DNA of 36,356 nt from the IMG/VR virus record IMGVR_UViG_3300045988_128427, one strand, 5' to 3'. Position 1 is the stretch's first letter, and every line of letters begins with the position of its first letter. This DNA is from a virus. A program made the position numbers and the translations under genes. Shown here piece by piece: positions 26,495 through 33,613 of the stretch. The notes under the pieces are model-generated. The model searched no databases. It saw only the letters and a program-made list of their open reading frames with translations, and was not told the DNA's origin.

Positions 26495-26935
26495 ATGGCA
26501 ATTAAGAAAGCAATTTTTAAAATTTTTAACGGAAGTACATGGGATGAATATCATCACAAGACAGATTCTGCACAGGTAGCACATACAAATTCGGATAATT
26601 CTGCAACAACAGCGGAAGCAATTTTCAATGGAACGACAGCAAAAGCAACTTTAGCAAGCGGAAACACAGGAGATATCACACTTAGAAAGCATGGTAATAT
26701 TGTGGTTGCATTAGGAAGATTAAAAACAAGTGCAACAGCGGCAGGTGCAACACTTGCAACGATTCCGGCGGGTTATCGCCCGAATCGCTATGTGCGTCTC
26801 CTTGCTCCTCGATATGATTTGCGTTACGGAAACATCGGAATTAATACAGATGGAGTAGTAGCTCTTGTAAATGACACACAATTATCAGAGGCTAACAAAG
26901 AATATTATATTAATCTTTGCTGGGTATTAGCATAG
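26495..26935 (+). CDS. hypothetical tail fibre-associated / receptor-binding candidate
   Basis: 146-aa ORF with RBS taggaggc. It is the last structural gene before the lysis cassette. Confidence 0.5.
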   Translation: MAIKKAIFKIFNGSTWDEYHHKTDSAQVAHTNSDNSATTAEAIFNGTTAKATLASGNTGDITLRKHGNIVVALGRLKTSATAAGATLATIPAGYRPNRYVRLLAPRYDLRYGNIGINTDGVVALVNDTQLSEANKEYYINLCWVLA

Positions 26936-26946
26936 GAGGTGGCGCA

Positions 26947-27186
26947 ATGCAACCAGAAGTTGTAGTTGCAGTCTGCTCCTTGCTTGGCACACTTGCAGGG
27001 TCTCTTGCGGGGATTATGACGGCGAATAAGCTGACAATGTATCGCATTGAACAGTTGGAAGAAAAAGTAAAGAAACATAATAATCTGATTGAGAGAATGG
27101 TAGTGGTGGAACAGTCTACACGCTCTGCTCATCACAGAATTGATAGCTTAGAAGAATTAGAAAGAGAGGTTCAGAATGGACATTAA
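26947..27186 (+). CDS. small membrane + coiled-coil lysis-associated protein (XhlA-like role)
   Basis: ATG at 26947 follows aggaggtgg. An N-terminal TM segment (VVVAVCSLLGTLAGSLAGIM) is followed by a coiled coil. It lies directly upstream of the holin gene. Confidence 0.5.
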   Translation: MQPEVVVAVCSLLGTLAGSLAGIMTANKLTMYRIEQLEEKVKKHNNLIERMVVVEQSTRSAHHRIDSLEELEREVQNGH

Positions 27187-27451
27187 CTTTTTGCTAGAAT
27201 ATATTAATTTACCAATTTTAGGAATTTGTCTGATGGTTGGCTATGTATTGAAAACAGCTTTTGTTAAATTTCCTAATAAATATATTCCGCTTGCCGCATT
27301 GACACTTGGAACAATTATTGCAATTGTAGTTAATGTGAAATCTGGAATTAATATAGATGTAGTCCTTGGAGGTATGATTTCAGGGCTTGCATCGACAGGG
27401 TTATATGAAATGTTAAGAAATTTATTAAATAAAGATGAAAAGGTTGGATAA
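27176..27451 (+). CDS. holin
   Basis: 91 aa, with multiple TM segments and a charged C-terminus (NKDEKVG). It lies immediately upstream of the endolysin gene. Confidence 0.75.
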   Translation: MDINFLLEYINLPILGICLMVGYVLKTAFVKFPNKYIPLAALTLGTIIAIVVNVKSGINIDVVLGGMISGLASTGLYEMLRNLLNKDEKVG

Positions 27452-27455
27452 AAAT

Positions 27456-28268
27456 ATGAAAATTAATGTACACGCAGGACACAACTTTAAAGTTCCAGGC
27501 GCAAGCGGAATCTTTAGCGAAACGGTAGAGGATAGAAAAGTAAAAGATTTAGTGATTACAAAGTTTAGAGCGCTCGGACACACAGTCTACGATTGCACGG
27601 ACGAAACTGCAACAACTGTGCGTGGCAATTTAGAAGCGATTGTTGCAAAATGCAATGCTCACAGCGTAGATTTAGATGTGAGTATTCATTTCAATGCATT
27701 TAACAGCTCAGCAAATGGAACAGAAGTGTGTATTTACAGTGAAAATTCTGCATCAAAAAGCACGGCGCAGAAAATTGCGAATGAAATCGAAAAGCTCGGC
27801 TACACAAAGCGAAATGGCGGAATCTCTATCCGTAACGGTTTGTATGTGTTGAGGCACACAAATGCGCCAGCACTGCTTGTTGAGTGCTGTTTTTGCGACA
27901 ATAAAAAAGATGCTGCACTTTACAGTGCTGAGAAAATGGCAAATGCAATCGTAAAAGGTATCACAGGGCAGACTGTAAAAGCATCAACTAACGCATCGGC
28001 AAATACAACAACTAAGGAGAAAAAGTATATGTTTAGTCCAGCAACCTGCAAAGTCGGAGATTCTAGCACTAGTGTATTGCTCTTGCAGGAAATTCTGAAA
28101 GCGAGAGGATATTATTCCGGAAAGCTTGACAGAAAATTTGAAAAAGAATTAATGACAGCGGTTAACAAGTATCAGATTGAGCGCATGAAGCAGGGTAAAA
28201 AACTTGGCAATGGAAAAGGCGATGGCATCTGTGGACAGGATATGTGGCGTGACTTGATTGCAATTTGA
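27456..28268 (+). CDS. endolysin: N-acetylmuramoyl-L-alanine amidase (amidase_3 type) with a C-terminal peptidoglycan-binding domain
   Basis: MKINVHAGHN...DLDVSIHFNA...ALLVECCFCDN catalytic pattern. The C-terminal LLLQEILKARGYYSGKLDRKFEKELMTAVNKYQ is PG_binding_1-like. Confidence 0.9.
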   Translation: MKINVHAGHNFKVPGASGIFSETVEDRKVKDLVITKFRALGHTVYDCTDETATTVRGNLEAIVAKCNAHSVDLDVSIHFNAFNSSANGTEVCIYSENSASKSTAQKIANEIEKLGYTKRNGGISIRNGLYVLRHTNAPALLVECCFCDNKKDAALYSAEKMANAIVKGITGQTVKASTNASANTTTKEKKYMFSPATCKVGDSSTSVLLLQEILKARGYYSGKLDRKFEKELMTAVNKYQIERMKQGKKLGNGKGDGICGQDMWRDLIAI

Positions 28269-28280
28269 GTTAAGCTTCTG

Positions 28281-28653
28281 CTTAGACTAATCTTAGACTA
28301 CAAAGTCGAGTTTCTACCTATTTAAATAGACGTTTTCAAATAAATTTTTGAGTGAATTGTCTGACAATAGTTGCCAGCATAAAAATTCTGTCAATATGCT
28401 GGCAACTAAAAATTGTATCATCTCCGTGTTGCATTTCGTGTTGCATAGTGTTATATTTTAACATAAATAATCATGTTAAAACGGAATTGAAAATCATGAA
28501 AATACTGTATTTACGGTACTTTTACGGCTTTCAAATAATTAGTTAAATTTAAACAATATCGCTGTTATGGGTTCGAATCCCTCATCCCCTGCTTTAAAAG
28601 TACTGTATTTACAGTACTTTTTTTATTTCGTGTTGCATTTCGTGTTGCATAGT
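28281..28653. other. attP region with core and repeat (arm-type) sites
   Basis: 25-nt perfect direct repeat cgtgttgcatttcgtgttgcatagt at 28425-28449 and 28629-28653. 21-nt hairpin repeat tactgtatttacRgtactttt at 28503-28523 and 28601-28621. cttagacta occurs twice at 28281-28300. All flank a tRNA 3' fragment and lie next to the integrase gene. Confidence 0.6.
28569..28591 (+). other. tRNA 3'-end fragment (T-loop plus acceptor 3' strand), probable attP core
   Basis: gggttcgaatccctc atcccct g reads as T stem/loop, 3' acceptor strand and discriminator G. No D arm or anticodon arm lies upstream, so this is not a complete tRNA gene. Confidence 0.55.
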
Positions 28654-28698
28654 TTTTAAAATAGCTAAAAATGGGTGTTTTTCCTCTCATGAAGAGAT

Positions 28699-29829
28699 TT
28701 ATTCATGAGAGGGCTTGTCTAAACAATTCATACAATTCGAAAGATTCTGAACAATGTTTTCAAAGAAATTATCCATAACATTATCCACTGCAATTCGTTC
28801 ATCTGAAAAGGTATGAGTGTATACTTTTTTCATTATCTGGTCTGTTTTCCAACCACCACGTTCCTGGGCATATTTATCCGGTACACGAAGCTGTGCCATG
28901 ACAGAGGCATTTATGTGTCTGAGGTCGTGAAATGTCATGTGTGGCATATCGGACTCTTCTAATAAGTACTGGAAACGCTTATAGAGGGTGTTATAGGAAT
29001 ATGGTACAAGCACATCGCCAGGTACTTTTTCAATTAAGCTTTTTATATATTCCGGAATCCTGTGTCTGCGGATTCTGGTATTATTTTTTGCTTCTTTCTT
29101 TCTGATATCGTCATTATCCACTTTTACAACTGTTTCCGTGACTGATATATAATTTCCGTCCTTAGAGATAGATTTTGATTTTGTAAGACCACGAATTTCT
29201 GACATCGAGAAACTAAGCCACATAGCAAGTAACACTGGCAGTTCGATGTCTGTGCCCTCGAATACAGCAAAGATTGCATCAGGAGTCTGTAAATCTTTAA
29301 TTAATACCGGAACGGTAGGAAGTTTTACATTGGTATCAATTCCTTGGCAGAAAGCATTTAAAGCTGCACTGATTAAGCCATATTCATTTTTTACGGTCTT
29401 TGGTGAAATAGTTTCTGTTGGTCTTTTGAGGCTCTTTCGCTTGGCTTCACGGTTTACTGCCTCTTGCAGGTATTCCTTATCAACACTTGTAAGATAAGTA
29501 TTCATGATATGTTTAAATCCATTTTTTTGCATCCTTTTGTATCCGGCTATTGTAGAGGGGCTTAAGATACCATCTTTTGAATTAATATACATCTCAATCG
29601 CTTCACCAATCGTGCAGTTTAAGATATTTTTCTTATGTTCCTTTTCAGAAGCCCATTCGGCAGCCATCCGCTCTGCCATTCGCTTGCCTTTTGGACCAGG
29701 TACGTCACAGGTAAATGATTTGTAAAATCGTTTCTGTTTAACAGAGCCGTCTGGCTGAATAATTTCCTCAGTATGACTATAGATCTGGCATCGCCAAGAG
29801 CCGGATGCAAGTTTTCGTGCTGTTGCCAT
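28699..29829 (-). CDS. int: tyrosine site-specific integrase
   Basis: Start taken at the Met of MATARKLASGSWRCQIY (RBS aaaaaggagtg). The track start at 29913 adds 28 unlikely residues. Catalytic elements are SEIRGLT, HDLRH and VYTHT. An arm-binding-type N-terminus is present. Confidence 0.9.
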   Translation of the reverse strand: MATARKLASGSWRCQIYSHTEEIIQPDGSVKQKRFYKSFTCDVPGPKGKRMAERMAAEWASEKEHKKNILNCTIGEAIEMYINSKDGILSPSTIAGYKRMQKNGFKHIMNTYLTSVDKEYLQEAVNREAKRKSLKRPTETISPKTVKNEYGLISAALNAFCQGIDTNVKLPTVPVLIKDLQTPDAIFAVFEGTDIELPVLLAMWLSFSMSEIRGLTKSKSISKDGNYISVTETVVKVDNDDIRKKEAKNNTRIRRHRIPEYIKSLIEKVPGDVLVPYSYNTLYKRFQYLLEESDMPHMTFHDLRHINASVMAQLRVPDKYAQERGGWKTDQIMKKVYTHTFSDERIAVDNVMDNFFENIVQNLSNCMNCLDKPSHE

Positions 29830-30013
29830 GTTATCACTCCTTTTTGGGTATAAAAATAACAGCCAGCTTGGAACAGATGTTCTGCTTGCGTGACTGCTCC
29901 GGAGATGATACAATAATTTTGTTAGGTTAGGAGATTATATGCGTCTCCGGATATTTACTTGTATTTGCCGGTTTCTGTTGGAGCAGGAACCGGTTTTTCT
30001 TTTGTTAATAAAA

Positions 30014-31204
30014 TTAGTATTGATACTGATTTGTATAAGCAAATACTTTATAATCTGCAATGGATGCGCTTGTGATATCTTCCGGAAGAAATACCGGTTC
30101 TAATTCAAATCCAATTTCTTCATCAGGCTGTAAAGTGTTTGCAAGAACAGTCGAAAGCTGACCAATCGGTTCAGCATTTTCATTGAATAAGACCGCAGTT
30201 ACACAAATATCTGTCTGAGCTGCTCCGGTTGTGTTTTTTACTTTTCCGTGTAAGTCAACACTACCCATATCCTTATCGTAAACCTCTGTATTACTTACTT
30301 CTAAGCGAACATTGTCTACTTTCGCAGTGGAAGCATTAATGTGAGGAGTGATTGTAATTCCTTCGGTTGGAGTTTGGTCATCCATAAGTTGTTCTTCGTA
30401 ATAATAACCTTTTTCACCCGGTTCAATTACTTGAGGAGCAGGTGTAAAACTTCCACTGGTTGTATGAATGATTGTTCCATCTTCTGCAGTTAATTCATAG
30501 GAACTGAAATCTAAATACAAATTACTACTTCCGGTATTTTCAATTTCAACAATAGACTGTCCAATTAAATCAGAGATGCTATCCCGATAAAATGAAACAT
30601 TCTTATAAGTAACTTCAAAAGCAGCTTGTTCTTTGGAAGTATTATTTGCGGTGTCAGAGGATGAAGAATCAGAAGTAGCTGTATCACTTGTTCCGGTTTC
30701 TGATTCAGTTGCTGTTTCTGGAGCATCTTTAGAAGTTTGAGTCAATTCAACAGTAGAAGTTGTACCCATTGCTGAGACTTCATAACTAATTTTCCCATTT
30801 TTGTATGTAAATTCTTTGGTATCATCAGTCGATGCAAGCAATGCGGAATCTGTTTTTTCTTTATTCCTATCAGAAGTCCATGAATATTCTTCAACAAATT
30901 CAGTTGGTGCAGTATACGTTCCAGACCAATAAACGGATTTTGTTGCCCCATCATCGGAAATCCAGTTAATTTCGATAGAATCATCAGTTATTGTTGCTTC
31001 TTGATAAGAACCATCTTTATTTTCAGATGCCCACACACCGGTTAGGTCAGTTGGTTCTTTTGCCTCTTCCTCTTTTTCTTCACTTTGGGAAGTTTTAGTG
31101 TTTTCTTTTGTGCTTCCGGAAGAGGAACTGGTTCCGCATCCTACGACACTGACTGATAATGTAGCCAGTAGAAGCATTGTTACAATTTTTCTTTTCATTG
31201 GCAA
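30014..31204 (-). CDS. prophage-encoded surface lipoprotein
   Basis: Signal peptide with lipobox MKRKIVTMLLLATLSVSVVG|C, then S/T/E-rich linkers separating beta-rich domains. It has its own RBS (aaaggag). Confidence 0.8.
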   Translation of the reverse strand: MPMKRKIVTMLLLATLSVSVVGCGTSSSSGSTKENTKTSQSEEKEEEAKEPTDLTGVWASENKDGSYQEATITDDSIEINWISDDGATKSVYWSGTYTAPTEFVEEYSWTSDRNKEKTDSALLASTDDTKEFTYKNGKISYEVSAMGTTSTVELTQTSKDAPETATESETGTSDTATSDSSSSDTANNTSKEQAAFEVTYKNVSFYRDSISDLIGQSIVEIENTGSSNLYLDFSSYELTAEDGTIIHTTSGSFTPAPQVIEPGEKGYYYEEQLMDDQTPTEGITITPHINASTAKVDNVRLEVSNTEVYDKDMGSVDLHGKVKNTTGAAQTDICVTAVLFNENAEPIGQLSTVLANTLQPDEEIGFELEPVFLPEDITSASIADYKVFAYTNQYQY

Positions 31205-31276
31205 TTCTCCTTTACTTGTTTTTTATAATGTAGATCAATTCCCTTATTTTATCTTTTGTATGATTTATTTATTAAG

Positions 31277-31305
31277 CAAAAAGACCCTGTATCAATACGA
31301 GGTCT
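31277..31305 (-). terminator. rho-independent terminator (minus strand)
   Basis: Minus strand: stem agacctcgtat...atacagggtct with one mismatch, followed by ttttt. Confidence 0.55.
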
Positions 31306-31381
31306 CTGCATAATAACTTAGAACTGAATAAATGCCCTATAGCCCCTTTAAGGATAAATTAAAAAACTTTCGTATAACGTA

Positions 31382-31409
31382 AAAGACCCCGCATTACTGC
31401 GAGGTCTTT
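31382..31409 (-). terminator. terminator-like hairpin (minus strand)
   Basis: Long stem aaagacc(c)cgc / gcg(a)ggtcttt of about 10 bp. The T-run is short and partly inside the stem. Confidence 0.4.
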
Positions 31410-31533
31410 AATACTGCACGTCAGTTGTCTGAGTGCTTTGTCTTCTATACTGCCGGTCAACGGCTATGTTTTTTTACTAAACTAGTATAACCTCATTATA
31501 TGAAATTGTCAAGAAAAATATACATATTTATAT

Positions 31534-32292
31534 TTATTTTATTCCAGTAAAATTTTTAATGATTTCACGGTCTAATAAATCAAGTTTATCATTAGATAAT
31601 TTTACATTGCTTAGAATATCAAAATTAGTTTTAGGGTCGTATATACGAATTTTACTGATAGTAGTAATCTGGTTTGTTAAAGCAATGCTTCCAGAACGCA
31701 TTTTGGCTACTTCATTCATCATTCGAAAAAGTAATTTTTTCTCTTTATTTGCGACATTTAGTTCTTTTTTGATAGATATAAGTTCGGTAATATCATCTGG
31801 ACTGACATTATCAATTCGTGAAGATAAATCAGTTATACGTATATCTATTTTTTTTCGGGTAGTAGAAATTTTTGAACTTAAACTAGTAAATAGTTCATTT
31901 CCAAGATAAACTTTTCCATCTTTAAGATTTTTGATATTAGTAGTAGATTTAACCGAAGTAAGAGGAAGCACCGTTATTACAGGAGAAGAAATAGGATTGT
32001 TTTTATCAAGTACTACGCAATAATGAAGTCCACCTTCTTCACTTCCAACATTGTAGCCTAAATGAGCTTTAATAATTTCGCCACGTTTATATCTTCGTAA
32101 TTTGGAAGGTATAAATTTGGGTTCAAATTCAAGATAGGTAGTCCAATCTTCGAGCCAGTAACTTAACTTATCAGATTTAGATTGATTTTTGTGATTTGGG
32201 TCATTAATTAATGAGTCTAAATATGAGTCAAGTCTAGCAAGAGCCTGTTTTTTATGAATTGTTAATTCACTTTGAGATAAAATTCTGCCCAT
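31534..32292 (-). CDS. atypical long MazF/PemK-like toxin-fold protein (N-terminal extension plus internal helical insertion)
   Basis: YKRGEIIKAHLGYNVGSEEGGLHYCVVLDKNN...VITVLPLTS and GSIALTNQITTISKIRI match the two halves of the PemK/MazF barrel. They are separated by an insert of about 80 aa. The gene is visibly more AT-rich than its neighbours. Confidence 0.6.
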   Translation of the reverse strand: MGRILSQSELTIHKKQALARLDSYLDSLINDPNHKNQSKSDKLSYWLEDWTTYLEFEPKFIPSKLRRYKRGEIIKAHLGYNVGSEEGGLHYCVVLDKNNPISSPVITVLPLTSVKSTTNIKNLKDGKVYLGNELFTSLSSKISTTRKKIDIRITDLSSRIDNVSPDDITELISIKKELNVANKEKKLLFRMMNEVAKMRSGSIALTNQITTISKIRIYDPKTNFDILSNVKLSNDKLDLLDREIIKNFTGIK

Positions 32293-32400
32293 AATGAATA
32301 AAATCCTTTCTATGAATAGTTTATTGAAAATAATAAATCATCATTTGTATATGTATTTGTAAAAGAATCTTTTACGAATACGTCTTTTCCTCCTTTCAAC

Positions 32401-32859
32401 TCAATCTATCTTCAACACTCCCAGAGTAGGAGTGAAATATACCACATAATTATCCACAGTCGCATACACACCGTACTTGCTCCGGTAGCAGTCAACTGCT
32501 TCTTTCAAATATTCTTCCGTCACATCCAGATATTCCGCTATGTCTGATGCGGACCGGCAGCCATGCTCAAATGCTCTGATAAGTCCCATGAGTCCAATTT
32601 TGAGATTGAATCCATAGAGCCGTGCACGGTATTCTTGTTTCCTGTTCGATACGTCTGTCTGGTCTAAGATGTTTCCGGAAGTTGTGTAGTAGTGTCCGAG
32701 TTCTTCTGCGAGGACGCAGGATTTTTCTGTTTGTGACATTTTTCTTTCAAGTGCAATATTTCCATCAAAGTAAAGTCCTTTTAACCCTTTTACTTCTGAC
32801 AAATCCATTTCAACAATATTCAAGTCTTTATGTTTTGTTTTTAATTCTTCGTAAGTCAA
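32401..32859 (-). CDS. ImmA/IrrE-family metallopeptidase (anti-repressor protease)
   Basis: The HExxH-type motif AEELGHY. The gene lies immediately downstream of, and is coupled to, the XRE repressor gene. TTG start after ggagtgagg. Confidence 0.85.
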   Translation of the reverse strand: MTYEELKTKHKDLNIVEMDLSEVKGLKGLYFDGNIALERKMSQTEKSCVLAEELGHYYTTSGNILDQTDVSNRKQEYRARLYGFNLKIGLMGLIRAFEHGCRSASDIAEYLDVTEEYLKEAVDCYRSKYGVYATVDNYVVYFTPTLGVLKID

Positions 32860-32865
32860 GAAGCC

Positions 32866-33186
32866 TCACTCCTTTGGGCGTGCTGCGACAAGTAGTTTTT
32901 TATATTCCTCTATCTTATTTAGCTCCTCAGGAGTAAAATTTTCTCCATCTTTGTGTGCTGCGGTAGTGGAAGACTCAGTTCTTTCTTCCCAACCCATTAG
33001 TTCTTGTGGAGAAACTTTTAATGCTTTAGCGAATTCTCTTATTTTAGATTCAGCTAAATCAACTTCACCTTTTTCTATTTTTGCGATAGATGACCTATCT
33101 TTATATCCAGTCAGTTCGGCTAGGGAATCTTGAGACATTTTTAATTCCAAGCGTCTTGCCTTTATGTTCTTATACAGGTCAAGCAT
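32866..33186 (-). CDS. XRE-family repressor (ImmR/CI-like)
   Basis: IKARRLELKMSQDSLAELTGYKDRSSIAKIEKGEVD is a classic HTH_XRE. It is divergent from the early operon. Confidence 0.85.
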   Translation of the reverse strand: MLDLYKNIKARRLELKMSQDSLAELTGYKDRSSIAKIEKGEVDLAESKIREFAKALKVSPQELMGWEERTESSTTAAHKDGENFTPEELNKIEEYKKLLVAARPKE

Positions 33187-33228
33187 AATTGAAAGCTCCT
33201 TTCTGCGTTGTTAATTTTTCTTAACACT

Positions 33229-33257
33229 ATAATAACATGTTGTGTAAAATAATTCAA
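33229..33257 (-). promoter_or_regulatory. leftward (repressor) promoter TTGAAT-17-TATTAT
   Basis: Read on the minus strand: ttgaat (33257-33252), a 17-nt spacer, and tattat (33234-33229). It is about 43 nt upstream of the repressor ATG. Confidence 0.55.
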
Positions 33258-33275
33258 CAAAAATATAAAAAGATG

Positions 33276-33304
33276 TTGACAGAAATTCACATAAGTGATA
33301 TAGT
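33276..33304 (+). promoter_or_regulatory. rightward early promoter TTGACA-17-TATAGT
   Basis: ttgaca at 33276-33281, a 17-nt spacer, and tatagt at 33299-33304. It is about 30 nt upstream of the Cro-like gene. Confidence 0.65.
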
Positions 33305-33317
33305 GAATTTAGTTCAC
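33303..33317. promoter_or_regulatory. operator-like inverted repeat gtgaatttagttcac
   Basis: It overlaps the -10/+1 region of the rightward promoter and shares half-sites GTGAA/TTCAC with the site at 33542-33556. Confidence 0.5.
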
Positions 33318-33337
33318 AGATGGGAGGTGAAAAAAGA

Positions 33338-33538
33338 ATGGCAAATGTAGATTTGTTGAGAAATAAAATGACTGAATCAGGTATGACAGTTTCAGCGATT
33401 GCTACTAAATCAGGCATTTTGAGAGAAACTTTGTACAACAGAATGAAAGAAGGCGATTTTAGAGCATCTGAAATTGTAGCACTTTCTAAGACCCTTAATT
33501 TATCGAAAGGGGAAAGAGACAAAATTTTTTTAACTTAA
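33338..33538 (+). CDS. Cro-like small HTH regulator
   Basis: ATG at 33338 follows ggaggtgaaaaaaga. 66 aa, with MTVSAIATKSGILRETLYNRMKEG as the HTH. It is the first gene of the rightward operon. Confidence 0.65.
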   Translation: MANVDLLRNKMTESGMTVSAIATKSGILRETLYNRMKEGDFRASEIVALSKTLNLSKGERDKIFLT

Positions 33539-33541
33539 ATA

Positions 33542-33556
33542 GTGAATTAAATTCAC
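33542..33556. promoter_or_regulatory. operator-like perfect palindrome gtgaattaaattcac
   Basis: 15-nt perfect palindrome starting 4 nt after the Cro-like stop codon. Confidence 0.5.
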
Positions 33557-33613
33557 ATAAAGTAAAAACTAAACCATGAAACTTTACAACACCCGAAAGG
33601 AGAATGAGAGAAA

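Noticed and set aside
28352-28546. 64-aa + strand ORF in the attP region.
   Set aside because: - It has no RBS.
- Its translation is hydrophobic and low-complexity.
- It spans the repeat and hairpin elements of attP.
28569-28591. A possible complete tRNA gene next to the integrase gene.
   Set aside because: - Only the T arm and 3' acceptor strand are present.
- Upstream sequence has no D arm or anticodon arm, and the 5' T-stem bases do not pair.
- It is interpreted as the attP core rather than a gene.
29968-30003. 10-bp hairpin (ccggtttctg / caggaaccgg) between the lipoprotein and integrase genes. It could be a terminator.
   Set aside because: - The T-run is on the + strand, but both flanking genes are on the - strand.
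- The orientation and function are therefore ambiguous, and it is not listed as a feature.
31098-31909. + strand ORFs at 31098-31313 and 31559-31909.
   Set aside because: - They lie antisense to the lipoprotein and MazF-like genes in very AT-rich DNA.
- They have no RBS.
- Their translations are Ile/Leu/Phe/Ser-rich.
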